From NCBI GenBank assembly GCA_004321885.1, contig SCQK01000007.1, forward strand, positions 1 to 64,000: 64,000 bases of DNA. Direction: 5' to 3'. The position numbers and the translations under genes are program-made. This DNA is from Patescibacteria group bacterium (lineage in GTDB: Bacteria > Patescibacteriota > Patescibacteriia > Magasanikbacterales > GWA2-37-8). This document shows positions 37,150-47,015 of the stretch, in pieces. The notes beneath the pieces were generated by a model that was not told the DNA's origin, searched no databases, and saw nothing but the letters and a program-made list of their open reading frames with translations. Every line of letters starts with the position of its first letter. Positions within the stretch are counted from its first letter, which is position 1.

Positions 37150-37268
37150 CAGCGGACGTCTCCCTCCCTCGCCGGCCCCGCCCGGCGGCCCATTTCCCAA
37201 AACTCAAAGTGCAACGCGCCCACGGTTTCCCGCGGGCGCTTTGTTTTTTTAAAAAATTATCTATCAAT

Positions 37269-37721
37269 TCAGCTTAATCCCAAAGCCGGCTTCATTTTGC
37301 TTACGTCCACTTCCAATTTTTCAACACGCTCTTCCAGTTTCGTGGTCGCGTGGACGGTTAAAGTAAGCTCTTGGTCTTTCTTTTCCATCAGACCAACAAT
37401 CTTATCCAGTGAATTTGATAACTTGCCAATGTCATTCTTGGTCGCCATTGTCTCTTCCATACGTTCCAACCGTTCCGTATGGTCAACAACCGTGCGCGCG
37501 ATTAAATCAAGCCGCTCCTCATGATCCGCGAGTTTTTTATCAATCTTATCAAACCTCTCATCGTGCTCTTTGAATTTGGCATCATGCTCAATGAATTTTT
37601 GGTTAATTTTTCCAAAATTTCCATCATGCTCAACGAGTTTCTGATTCACTTTTTCAAGATTGCCTCCGAGCTCGTTGAGTTTTTGCATTATAGCGTCGGT
37701 CATATGGTCGTATTGTATCAT
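37269..37721 (-). CDS. Coiled-coil protein with roughly 11-residue repeats (KxNQKxxEHDxxF)
   Basis: 150 aa: LEKVNQKLVEHDGNFGKINQKFIEHDAKFKEHDERFDKIDKKLADHEERLDL. Confidence 0.5.
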   Translation of the reverse strand: MIQYDHMTDAIMQKLNELGGNLEKVNQKLVEHDGNFGKINQKFIEHDAKFKEHDERFDKIDKKLADHEERLDLIARTVVDHTERLERMEETMATKNDIGKLSNSLDKIVGLMEKKDQELTLTVHATTKLEERVEKLEVDVSKMKPALGLS

Positions 37722-37782
37722 TCACCAAAAACCGTGTCAAACTTGTCATGCTGAACTTGTTTCAGCATCTCCGTTCGCGGTT

Positions 37783-39258
37783 TCATATTTTTCTCACAAT
37801 CCCCTTCTCCGCGTCCACTTCCACCATATCCCCGTCTTTGAAAATCTTTGTAGCTATTTTTGTAGCAATAACGCACGGCTTTTTCATCTCGCGAGCCACA
37901 ATGGCCGCGTGACAAATGAGACCGCCTTCGTCCGTCACAATGGCGGCCGCCCTTTTCATCGCCGGCACCATATCCGGATCAGTCATGGAACTGACCAAAA
38001 TTTCTCCTTCCAACAAATTCTGCGCTTGGTATTCCATTTTTATCACTCTCACCCTGCCTTTTACTTTTCCGCGATAAGCCACAGCTCCTTTCACTTCCTT
38101 AACTTCTTCATGTCCAAGTCCCAGAAACTTATCAACAAATTTTCTCGCCTTATCTCCGCTGCCATCAACTATTTTTCCCCTACTAAGAAGGCAATAATAA
38201 TAGCCGAACCGTTCATTGATTACTTTTTTCAACCGCGGTCTACTTTTTTCATTCATCAGATAATCTCCCATCTGACGATAATTTAACTGCCGCAAAGATA
38301 TAACATCCATTCCAACTCGGTCGGCAATCGCCTGAAACAAAGGATAGGACCAAAGAATCGCGCGGCTCATTGCCGCCTTTCTGCCGTCGTTTGATATATT
38401 GATTCCTCGTAAATATTCTAAGATATTAAGTTCGGCGCGCGAAAATTTGTATTTTTTTAACAATTTTTGTCTTGCCCGCGAAATTTCACCCGGACCATTC
38501 AAAAGATTTTTCAATTCAACGGAAAAATTATTGTCTGAAAATGTTTTTCTAACCCCGGCGATAGCCAGGTTCAAATTTAAGGGTTGAACATGGTGGCTGA
38601 CCGGAACCCAATCAAAATTTCTAACGTAATTTTCAATTTGGCAATACAAAGCGGGGTGAAAACGTCCCAACTGTTCTATAACTTCTTCGTCGGTTTTTTT
38701 GAACAAAGATTCTAATTCATGTTGACGAACTTTCTTGGCAATATTTAATAAAGCAATCCGCTCGCGATTGTATTCTCCGAGCTCGGTGGAAGAAATCAAA
38801 ATTGACATGTCATCGGCCGGTACCGCGCACTTTAGTATGGTCGGCAATAGTGCACTAATCGCGCCATCCATAATTTTCGGAAAAGGATATAGCCCGAATT
38901 TTGCCGACAATAGCGCGACAAATTTATTAAGCAACCGGCTCAAAACATTTTTGTCAGCTTGGAAGCAATCCCGGAAACGAACTGAATGACAAAACTTAAG
39001 GAGTAGGGAGTCGGCACCTTTAATTACCGCGAGAATACGTGGAATTGAAGTCTTTTTTAACAGCCGCGCAATCCAATTCTTCGCGGCCAAATCATTTTTT
39101 GGATGATAATAAATTGATGTCAACTGCTTGTCCGTAATTGACACCCATCCGTCTAACTTTAAACCAACTCTCAATCCTTGCTCGCGAAAGCCCTTAACAA
39201 AAATGCTCATGTAAAAAGGCATTCTAATTCCGGCGGACATGAATTTTTTCCACTGCAT
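37783..39258 (-). CDS. PEP-utilizing enzyme mobile-domain protein, paralog 2
   Basis: 491 aa. The C-terminus VTDEGGLICHAAIVAREMKKPCVIATKIATKIFKDGDMVEVDAEKGIVRKI is nearly identical to the C-terminus of the 35154 paralog, including at the DNA level. Confidence 0.7.
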   Translation of the reverse strand: MQWKKFMSAGIRMPFYMSIFVKGFREQGLRVGLKLDGWVSITDKQLTSIYYHPKNDLAAKNWIARLLKKTSIPRILAVIKGADSLLLKFCHSVRFRDCFQADKNVLSRLLNKFVALLSAKFGLYPFPKIMDGAISALLPTILKCAVPADDMSILISSTELGEYNRERIALLNIAKKVRQHELESLFKKTDEEVIEQLGRFHPALYCQIENYVRNFDWVPVSHHVQPLNLNLAIAGVRKTFSDNNFSVELKNLLNGPGEISRARQKLLKKYKFSRAELNILEYLRGINISNDGRKAAMSRAILWSYPLFQAIADRVGMDVISLRQLNYRQMGDYLMNEKSRPRLKKVINERFGYYYCLLSRGKIVDGSGDKARKFVDKFLGLGHEEVKEVKGAVAYRGKVKGRVRVIKMEYQAQNLLEGEILVSSMTDPDMVPAMKRAAAIVTDEGGLICHAAIVAREMKKPCVIATKIATKIFKDGDMVEVDAEKGIVRKI

Positions 39259-39263
39259 ATTTT

Positions 39264-39932
39264 TTAGATTATTTCCACTGGCACGGTTGCCAGATTCTGA
39301 AATTTCTCGCCTTCTTCTTTGGCACCTATTACTTTATCATTGTAAACAAAATCTCCATAATGAATTGGCATCGCCATTTTTGGATTTATCATGGCCACGG
39401 CTTCGGCCGCTTCCTCGGCCGTCATCGTAAAAACGCCCGAAATCGGCAGCATGGCCACGTCAATGTTTTTTAGATTGGCCATCTCCGGTATTTTATCAGT
39501 ATCCCCGGCCACGTAAATTCGTTTTCCATCCAATTCAACAACGTAACCGACTTTATTTTCCTGGGGCGGATGAAATGGCACACCCGGAGAGCGAAATTTA
39601 TCAATATTATACGCCGGCACAGTCTCTATTTTAATTTTACCCAAGGATAAAAAATCCCCGGGCTTGACGTATTTTATTTCTTTTACCTCGAGACCGACTA
39701 ACTTCTCTTCACATTGCGCGGAAGCGATAACAGTGGTTTCTTCGTCGCAAATCTTTTTAATTTCATCAGGACTGCAGTGATCTTGATGTTCATGGGTGAT
39801 AAAAATATAATCCGCTTTTTCTATTTCCGACTCGGGCAAATTGAACGGGTCAAAAAATATGGTCACTCCTCCCCCTTTAATTTTTACTGCCGCGTGAAAT
39901 ACTTTTTTGATTTCCAATCCTTGATAGTCCAT
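39264..39932 (-). CDS. MBL-fold metallo-hydrolase
   Basis: HxHxDH motif FITHEHQDHC. Confidence 0.8.
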   Translation of the reverse strand: MDYQGLEIKKVFHAAVKIKGGGVTIFFDPFNLPESEIEKADYIFITHEHQDHCSPDEIKKICDEETTVIASAQCEEKLVGLEVKEIKYVKPGDFLSLGKIKIETVPAYNIDKFRSPGVPFHPPQENKVGYVVELDGKRIYVAGDTDKIPEMANLKNIDVAMLPISGVFTMTAEEAAEAVAMINPKMAMPIHYGDFVYNDKVIGAKEEGEKFQNLATVPVEII

Positions 39933-39960
39933 ATGGGGGATGATTAAATTAATTTAGTAT

Positions 39961-40200
39961 TTTCCTCACCACTCCCTTCTCCGCATCCACCCCAGCGCCA
40001 AAACTCGCTTCGCTCATTTGGTGCGGGGCATGCTTCCACCATTACTGTTCTATTCTCTTCACTATACCCTTGTTCGCATCAACTTCAACGAGGTCCCCGT
40101 CCTTAAAAACCTGCGTGGCGATTTTGGTGCCAATGACGCAGGGCTTTTTCATTTCGCGCGCCACAATTGCGGTACGCAAATAGTATACCTTCGTAGCAGT
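39961..40200 (-). pseudogene. Degenerate fragment of a third PEP-utilizer swivel-domain copy
   Basis: 40060-40200 is homologous at the DNA level to 35165-35290 and 37795-37920 (cctgcgtggcgattttggtgccaatgacgcaggg). There is no intact ORF on the minus strand; the ORF track shows only an antisense shadow at 40018..40269. Confidence 0.5.
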
Positions 40201-40381
40201 GTTTTTGCAACAAAAAACCGCCTTTACAGACGGCTTTTTGTTAAAAAATCATTGACTTCACAAATGTGACTCCGCCAGAGGCGGATTGATAACTGACACA
40301 AAATTTATTTCGCTTGCGCTCTTAAATTTTGGTCGTTATCAAAAAAACGCACAATGTCTATTCCTTCATCTTTGGCGACTG

Positions 40382-40408
40382 TTACCGCGATGGATTCCTG
40401 CTTGCGCA
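40382..40408. repeat. Family A element (reverse orientation) ggattcctgcttgcgcaggaatgacag, just 3' of the 16S rRNA gene
   Basis: It translates as WIPACAGMT in the shadow ORF, the classic signature of this element class. Confidence 0.65.
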
Positions 40409-40518
40409 GGAATGACAGCGTGGACAATTTGCCAATCGACAGAGTATCACAGTGTTTCCACTGAGTATCTCCAGAAAGGAGGTGATCCATCCACAGCTTC
40501 CGCTACGGATGCCTTGTT

Positions 40519-41287
40519 CATGTTTCTCCCTATGTCGCCATAAGGCACGGACTATATCATCACCCGTTTTGAGAGAATTTTTTGCTTAGCCGGATGCCAT
40601 GAGCCGATAACTCGGATAAAATCTTGGAGCGAATTCGCTCTCACGAATATGCGCCAATAATCCGGGTCAACTCGCTTGCTGGGATTGTGAACTTTCCCGC
40701 AAACGATGCTCATTTTTTTCAACATCTGTTTAAGCTTGCATATCTTGGCTTTATCCTTTTGCACCAATTGTATATACAGCCGCGCTGTAATGTGGTGCGG
40801 AACGCCGCCTTCGGCGTCAAAGAATCCTCGAATATACGCTTTTTGTTCTTCGCGACTTTTTAGCCGCAATGGATCAAAACGGAAATCCAGAAATGACGCT
40901 AATGTTTCAAGAACATGGACATCTCTGTCTTTTCCTTCGCGATACATCCAAGACGAATAGCCAATCTTTTTTAGAAGTCGCTTTAGCGTTTTTAGCCAAC
41001 CGGTTCCCTTTTGTGAAAAACGGAATCTGCGGTTACTGCTAAATGTGCCGTCGTGCAATGCTCCTAAAAGATATGCTTTTATTTCTCCCCTTAACGGGGT
41101 TCGGCGTGTAGTCTCTGAGGGGTCAATCCCGACTAAGTCGGGACGACTTCCCTGCTGATTGACTGCACCGAAAACTTTTTCACTCATACTGCTATAGTGT
41201 AGCACAAGTAGTTTCGGATACACAGTGTTTCCAGCAAACAGCCGAATTTGTTTTTAGCGATTACTCGCTAAGAGTCGCAATTTGTTT
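40519..41287 (-). mobile_element. 16S rRNA intron 1 (about 769 nt, near E. coli position 1506) carrying a LAGLIDADG homing endonuclease ORF
   Basis: The exon sequence ccttgtt / acgactt is split by this insertion, which contains the ORF at 40552..41223. Confidence 0.7.
40552..41223 (-). CDS. LAGLIDADG homing endonuclease (intron-encoded)
   Basis: 223 aa with the motif IRGFFDAEGGV; a second motif lies near LLGALHDGTF. Confidence 0.75.
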   Translation of the reverse strand: MYPKLLVLHYSSMSEKVFGAVNQQGSRPDLVGIDPSETTRRTPLRGEIKAYLLGALHDGTFSSNRRFRFSQKGTGWLKTLKRLLKKIGYSSWMYREGKDRDVHVLETLASFLDFRFDPLRLKSREEQKAYIRGFFDAEGGVPHHITARLYIQLVQKDKAKICKLKQMLKKMSIVCGKVHNPSKRVDPDYWRIFVRANSLQDFIRVIGSWHPAKQKILSKRVMI

Positions 41288-41699
41288 ACGACTTTACCCT
41301 AGTCACTGACCCTGCCTTAATTCCCCGAAGGAAACTTTGGGCATTGCCAGCTCCCGTGGTATGACGGGCGGTGAGTACAAGACCCGAGAACGTATTCAAC
41401 GCGCCGTGGCTGATGCGCGTTTACTAGCGATTCCGACTTCATGAAGGCGAGTTGCAGCCTTCAATCTGAACTGGGGCCGGTTTTGATGGGATTGGCTCCG
41501 CCTCGCGGCTTAGCGACCCATTGTACCGGCCATTGTAGCATGTGTGTAGCCCTGGACGTAAGAGCCATGCTGATTTGACGTCGTCCACCCCTTCCTCCCG
41601 GCCCGCTGTTCGCTTGCTTTCGCAAACGCCCAAAGGGCCGGGCGGTCTCGCGTGAATATTTAACACGCGACGTGGGTTGCGCTCGTTTCCCAACTTAAT

Positions 41700-41992
41700 G
41701 GTACACCTCCGGATTATTATCTTCACGCAGACTATTCCTTCACCCTTTGCCGACTAAGTCGGCATGAGGGGCTGGCGTATTAGCGGAACTATAAATTCAA
41801 TCACATCCATGAATTCCGCTCTTGGCAAAATGCCTTAGTCGTTACAGGGTCAACCCACGATTTTATTTAAAATCGGGGCGACTTCCCTCGGAGTTCCCAA
41901 ATTCATATGGTATATTTTACCATTTTTACATGAATTTGATAATGAGGTTCTCCGATATGAGCCAGATTTCTCATATCTCTTTTCAGAGATAG
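41700..41992 (-). other. ORF-less insertion of about 290 nt in the 16S rRNA (near E. coli position 1090): a degenerate intron or expansion segment
   Basis: The conserved sequence cccaacttaa...catctcacgacacgagctgac is interrupted. The insert has no ORF. It contains ccgactaagtcgg and the ggcgacttccctcgg motif shared with the other insertions. Confidence 0.55.
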
Positions 41993-42118
41993 GCCGCGAG
42001 ATGTTCACGGCACGAGCTGACGGCAACCATGCAGCACCTATCTAGCACCCTCGAAGGCGGCGGCCGTTTCCGGCAGCTTGCAGCTAGTAGTTGAGCCCAG
42101 GTAAGGTTCCTCGTTTGT

Positions 42119-42163
<45 letters not shown>

Positions 42164-42299
42164 TATTCCTTTGAGTTTTAACCTTGCGGCCGTACTCCCC
42201 AGGCGGCGCACTTAACGCGTTAGCTTTTTTGAACGGCACTGACAGGGTCGATACTGCCAATACCTAGTGCGCATAGTTTAGGGCGTGGACTACCAGGGT

Positions 42300-43330
42300 C
42301 ATTTCACTTTACATTTCTGTAAAGATTGGACTATATCATTTTCTGTAAGCTTTCCACTTGCTTTTCTTGAGATTGACATACTCTCGTATTTTTTCCAAAG
42401 AAAAGCCCGTGTTTTTCGCTATTTCAGAAATCCAGCGTTCTTGAAGTTGAACATCGTTATACATCAGAATCACTTTGGGCAAAACTTCTTCAACCTTCGT
42501 ATAAGGCAGAATAATGCGAAGAAGTTTTTTTAGTTCCTCGGTGGAACGCAACCAAATTCTGAAGTATTTTTCTTTTTTTCCATTAACCTTTGTAATGGAT
42601 GCCACTCTGACCTTGATTTTCCAGACTGTTTGAAGATATTTGGCTAAAACTTGCACGGCTTTTTCATCAAAGCCATCGGTGCAGATGACGCCTTTTCTAC
42701 CATTTGAAATGATAGAACCGTCGTCAAACCACCAGATTGCCAGTGATAATGGGCTCATGAAATTTAACCACTTTCTTCGTATTTCCAATCTGTTGTTTTT
42801 ACAGGTCAGATTGTGCATTTCCGTCAATGCTTCCAGGGCCTTGCTTTGATAACGAAGTTTTGCTTGTTTGCTAAACCCGTTATCTTGTTCTTGAAGCCAG
42901 ACCGACTTATCCGAGGATATCTCGGACAGCTGCCTGACCTTCCAGTCAAAGTAGGCTTTCTGAATGACGGAGTGCCTGAAAGAAAATCTGGCGTTTTTGT
43001 ATGGCCGATGGATTTTTAACGACCCGTCGCCCAACAAAGAGCCGAGGATTATTTCTTTCACGCCATTTGACAAAGGCACATTAGAATAATTATTCATAAT
43101 TTATGAATGATAATTAAATGCGCCAACTATCTTTCATCAACTTCATAGTCTCTACGGGGTCGAACCGCATTTGGCGGACGACTTCCCTCGGGATTGTCCA
43201 AACTGATGGTAGTATTTTTTTGTTTGGAGTTTCCCCGATATAGCTGAATGCTCATCTCAACATTGCTGTTGAGAGGGACACCGTTTATGCCGACTTGTTC
43301 CGCCTTAGGCGAACAAGCGACAAAGGATCT
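42300..43330 (-). mobile_element. 16S rRNA intron 3 (about 1.03 kb, near E. coli position 790) carrying a LAGLIDADG homing endonuclease ORF
   Basis: The exon sequence ggactaccagggt / atctaatcctgtt is split. The insertion contains the ORF at 42336..43097 and about 230 nt of flanking intron core. Confidence 0.7.
42336..43097 (-). CDS. LAGLIDADG homing endonuclease (intron-encoded, two-motif type)
   Basis: 253 aa. Motif 1 is ILGSLLGDGSL and motif 2 is IWWFDDGS. Confidence 0.8.
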   Translation of the reverse strand: MNNYSNVPLSNGVKEIILGSLLGDGSLKIHRPYKNARFSFRHSVIQKAYFDWKVRQLSEISSDKSVWLQEQDNGFSKQAKLRYQSKALEALTEMHNLTCKNNRLEIRRKWLNFMSPLSLAIWWFDDGSIISNGRKGVICTDGFDEKAVQVLAKYLQTVWKIKVRVASITKVNGKKEKYFRIWLRSTEELKKLLRIILPYTKVEEVLPKVILMYNDVQLQERWISEIAKNTGFSLEKIREYVNLKKSKWKAYRK

Positions 43331-44475
43331 ATCTAATCCTGTTCGCTCCCCACGCTTTCGTCCATGAGTGTCAGAAACGTACCAGCAAGCTGCCTTCGCC
43401 TTTGGTGTTCTTGCGGATATCAACGCTTATTACGACTACACCCGCAATTCCGCTTGCCTCTTCCGTCCTCAAGTTTGGTAGTTTCAAAGGCAATCTTAGA
43501 GTTAAGCTCTAAGTTTTGACCCCTGACCCGCCAAACCACCTGCGGACGCTTTACGCCCAATAAATCCGGATAACGCTTGAGGTCTCTGTATTACCGCTAC
43601 TGCTGGCACAGAGTTAGTAACCTCTTATTCACGAAGTACCGTCACGAATTCTTCCCTCGTAAAAGCGGTTTACGACCCGAAGGCCTTCATCCCGCACGCG
43701 GCGTCGCTCCATCAGGCTTTCGCCCATTGTGGAATATTCTCGACTGCAGCCTCCCGTAGGAGTCTGGGCAGTGTCTCAGTCCCAGTGAGGCAGGTCACGC
43801 TCTCACGCCTGCTACTGATCATCGCCTTGGTGAGCCATTACCTCACCAACTAGCTAATCAGACATAGGCCCCTCTCCAAGCAGCTTGCGCTTTTAAATGC
43901 GAATGACTTTTGTCCCCGCATTGCCATCGGGTTTTAATTCGCCTTTCGGCGAGCTATCCCCGTCTCGGAGGTAGGTTACCAATGTGTTACTCACCCGTTT
44001 GCCGCTCGTAATTCCCTTGCGGGAACACGTCGCTCGACTTGCATGCCTTAAACACGCCGCCAGCGTTCATCCTGAGCTAGGATCAAACTCTTAAAAAGAG
44101 TTGATCTCGTTCTACCCGACTTCGCCAAAGCTACATCGGGTAAGATGAACGAGTTAATATATACGGATTTATTTATTTATACTCGGTCGCCTCTTCGGCA
44201 GCCGAGTTTCGAATAGACTTTATTTTGTGGTTTTTGTCACGTTTGTGTTGTCAATGAACTTCTTACCCTGTTCGCAGAGTAAGAAAAAAGAGTAATCAAA
44301 TCTTGATTCCTCTTTTCTCTTACCAGTATCCACCGAAGGCGGACTTAGAAGACAAGCTGAATTGTCGGAGGTGCTTTTGCTGAAGGATTTATATTAAATC
44401 TTAGCTTTCGCATTTTATCATATACCAAAATTTTGTCAAGGGGGTGGGTGTGGGCAGAATGTGGATAAAAAAACA

Positions 44476-44504
44476 ATAAAAACCTGCTCTGTATTGACAT
44501 CTGC
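44476..44504 (+). promoter_or_regulatory. Candidate promoter TTGACA-17-TATGTT for the GC-rich nudix gene
   Basis: Sequence ttgacatctgcgctattttgatgtatgtt. Confidence 0.35.
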
Positions 44505-44593
44505 GCTATTTTGATGTATGTTTATCGGTCCGCTAAAGTGGCCCACGATTAGCCGCTTGAGCGGCCCAAAACACACAAACAGGAGAACTTCTT

Positions 44594-45291
44594 TGAAAAC
44601 TGCATACGGCTACCCAATCGTAACCACCCGCAACATTCACCTGATTCTCAAGAAGCTTGGCATCAAACCGTGGGAAAAAACGGCCCCGGACACGACACTG
44701 GAAGAATACGCGAAGCGCGATCTGAACGATAAGCAGAGGGCGGAACTGCGCTTCGCGCCAAAACCAGACGTGGTTCGGTTCTACAAGAACCCCGCGACCG
44801 AGGAGCCCTTCACTGGCTTCTGCAATGTGGGGGATCCGTGGCTCACGGTCTTCGCGCTGGTGCCGTGGGACCCCGAGCCGTTGGTCGTCGTCACCGTGGA
44901 GTTCAAGCACGGCTTCGGGAAGGTCGTGCTGGTACCGCCCAGCGGAAACATCTCCCAGAAGGATCGCGGTTCATGGCCTCGCGCGGCCAAACGTGAGTTT
45001 GAGGAAGAGACCGGCTTCAAGCTGGCGCGGATTATCGCCCTCGCAAGTGGTAAGGAACAGGGAGCGAGCGTCCGCCAGTACACCGCGGGAATCTACTCCT
45101 TCCTGGGAATCCTAAAAGACCCGGTGGAGCGCCGGCCATCGCGGCTGGACGACAACGAACTGCTCAAGGTCGTCCTGGTACCCTTGTCGGATTGGCTAGA
45201 TATCATCGACAGAGGGGACACCTACGACATCGCGGCCGTCGTCCCCACCCACCTCGGCGTGCGCAAGCTCCAAAAACTCCGCATGCTATAG
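44594..45291 (+). CDS. NUDIX hydrolase; GC-rich, probably foreign
   Basis: Nudix box REFEEETGF. Start is taken at a TTG (LKTAYGY) preceded by aggaga; the ORF track starts at 44518. GC3 is very high compared with neighbouring genes. Confidence 0.6.
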
Positions 45292-45368
45292 TAACGCCGC
45301 GCCACTCCCCATACTCCTATGTGTGCTGTCCCCCCGCCGCAAGCGATTCCTCGCCCGGCGGATTTTTT

Positions 45369-46064
45369 TTAAGAAGAATGTCTCTTTCGCCACTCGGCGA
45401 TTTTTTTATGAGCGCCGGAGAGAAGAATTTTCGGCACTTTCCAGCCGTTGAAATCTTCGGGTCTGGTGTACTGCGGGTATTCAATCACTCCTTTAACAAA
45501 AGTTTCTTCCTTGAGAGAATCTTTGTTCCCCAAAACTCCCGGCGTCAAACGCGCGGTCGCTTCCACCACTGCCAGCGCGGCCAACTCGCCGCCGGCCAAA
45601 ACATAGTCCCCCACGGAAATTTTTTCGTCCGCGAGTTTATAGACGCGTTCGTCAAATCCCTCGTAGCGCCCACAAATCAAAATCAGGCGGTCAAGTTTGG
45701 AAAATTTCTCGGCCATCCGCTGGTCAAATTTTTTTCCTGCTGGATCTAAAACGATAATCCGCGTGTCATTGCGAGGAGCGGAGCGACGCGGCAATCCCAT
45801 GGGTTTGCTTCGGCCTTTCAGGCCTCGCAATGACAATGCGCCAATCGCTTTCAGACAATCAAAAATCGGCTGAACCTGTAAAACCATTCCCGCGCCGCCG
45901 CCATAGGGAGAATCGTCCACGTGGCCGTGCTTATCCAAAGTATGGTCGCGAAAATTACGCGCCCGCACCGAAATCGCGCCCGCTTTTTGCGCCCGCCCTA
46001 AAATACTCCGCGAGCAGTAGTCGTTTATTATTTCCGGAAAAATTGTGAGCACGTCAAATTTCAT
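45369..46064 (-). CDS. trmD: tRNA (guanine37-N1)-methyltransferase
   Basis: MKFDVLTIFPEI...YGGGAGMVL...ILICGRYEGFDERV. It carries an in-frame insertion of about 20 aa encoded by a palindromic element. Confidence 0.9.
   Translation of the reverse strand: MKFDVLTIFPEIINDYCSRSILGRAQKAGAISVRARNFRDHTLDKHGHVDDSPYGGGAGMVLQVQPIFDCLKAIGALSLRGLKGRSKPMGLPRRSAPRNDTRIIVLDPAGKKFDQRMAEKFSKLDRLILICGRYEGFDERVYKLADEKISVGDYVLAGGELAALAVVEATARLTPGVLGNKDSLKEETFVKGVIEYPQYTRPEDFNGWKVPKILLSGAHKKIAEWRKRHSS
45765..45834. repeat. Palindromic element gtcattgcgagg...cctcgcaatgac, inserted in frame in trmD
   Basis: It encodes SLRGLKGRSKPMGLPRRSAPRND. Alignment with E. coli TrmD ([22 protein letters not shown]) shows about 19 extra residues at this point. 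Confidence 0.75.
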
Positions 46065-46122
46065 ATCTTTCTAACAAAACCGGCCGCCTGAGGCGACCGG
46101 TCTAAATGTCTATTGCTTCAGC

Positions 46123-46437
46123 TTAGATGTTCAAGCTGTCCACAGAGCTGGTGTCCACCGTTTGAGAAACGGGGTTGCGCGACATGCGGCCGCCTTCCGG
46201 TTCGTTGATTTTCAAGTTCACGCGGGCGTTGTTCTTGGCCCCCACGATCTTGAGCAACGTGCGGATGGAACGAGCCGTCTGTCCTTGGCGTCCGATCACG
46301 TATCCCATATCGGCTTGGTTGATGTCCAGAGTTATCAGGACTCCCCGTTCGTCTATGGTTCTCGTGGTCTTGACGTCACCAGGATTGTTGACTATCGCTT
46401 TCACGATTGTCTCCACAAACTGTTGGTCGGTTTCCAT
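46123..46437 (-). CDS. khpA: KH-domain RNA-binding protein (KhpA/YlqC-like)
   Basis: DMGYVIGRQGQTARSIRTLL carries the GxxG KH motif. It sits between rpsP and trmD, the canonical context. Confidence 0.75.
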   Translation of the reverse strand: METDQQFVETIVKAIVNNPGDVKTTRTIDERGVLITLDINQADMGYVIGRQGQTARSIRTLLKIVGAKNNARVNLKINEPEGGRMSRNPVSQTVDTSSVDSLNI

Positions 46438-46553
46438 AGTGTATCGGTATATCTTTATAATTCGCAGCCTGTCGACATGTGGTCGCCTTAGGCGGCCACC
46501 AGTGCTACTGTATAAAATATTAACACAAAAATTCTTTATCAGTCAATCTTGGT

Positions 46554-46922
46554 TTAAGCGGCCGGCTCGCCCGCCGGAGCTTCAGCGGAGGCGGGAGCGG
46601 CTTTTGGTTCGTTGGCCTTTTTCTTTTCCGCCAATTTGGCCGCACGCTTCTTGGAAATATACACGGCTTTTTTCTTCGGAGCGGCTGTGATTATCCCCTT
46701 GCTCAAAAATAAATTATGCACGGTGTCCGAGGTCTGCGCGCCCTGGCCGAGCCAGTATTTTATCCTGTCGGCTTTGACGACAAAACCATCCTCTTTGTGC
46801 GGATTAAAGTCGCCCAAATTCTCCAAAATTCTGCCCTGCGTGTCGCGGGCCTTTTCGGAAATTATCAGGCGGTATGTCGCGAAGTTTTTCTTTCCCACTC
46901 GTTGTAAACGGATTGTTAACAT
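46554..46922 (-). CDS. rpsP: 30S ribosomal protein S16 (with a Lys/Ala-rich C-terminal extension)
   Basis: N-terminus MLTIRLQRVGKKNFATYRLIISEKARDTQGR. Confidence 0.9.
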   Translation of the reverse strand: MLTIRLQRVGKKNFATYRLIISEKARDTQGRILENLGDFNPHKEDGFVVKADRIKYWLGQGAQTSDTVHNLFLSKGIITAAPKKKAVYISKKRAAKLAEKKKANEPKAAPASAEAPAGEPAA

Positions 46923-46934
46923 AAATAAAGATAT

Positions 46935-46963
46935 GGATTCCGGCTCTGCGGCCGGAATGACAG
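46935..46963. repeat. Family A element ggattccggctctgcggccggaatgacag upstream of rpsP
   Basis: Its core is similar to the core of the copy in nrnA (51115). Confidence 0.65.
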
Positions 46964-47015
46964 ACGGAATTTGAGAGCGTGACTATCTTATTACAAAGCC
47001 GCTTGTTTGTCAACT

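Noticed and set aside
40018-40269. 83-aa plus-strand ORF
   Set aside because: It is the antisense reading of a degenerate PEP-utilizer swivel-domain fragment. Homology to 35165-35290 is on the minus strand.
40200-40476. 23S/5S rRNA genes downstream of the 16S
   Set aside because: No 23S- or 5S-like sequence follows the 16S 3' end. The rRNA operon appears to be unlinked here.
40476-40490. aaggaggtgatcc read as a ribosome-binding site
   Set aside because: It is the reverse complement of the 16S 3' terminus (anti-SD region), not an SD for a downstream gene.
40286-40543. 85-aa ORF containing WIPACAGMT
   Set aside because: The peptide is the well-known translation artefact of a GTCATTCC...GGAATGAC-type element. 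The ORF spans the 16S 3' end and a repeat.
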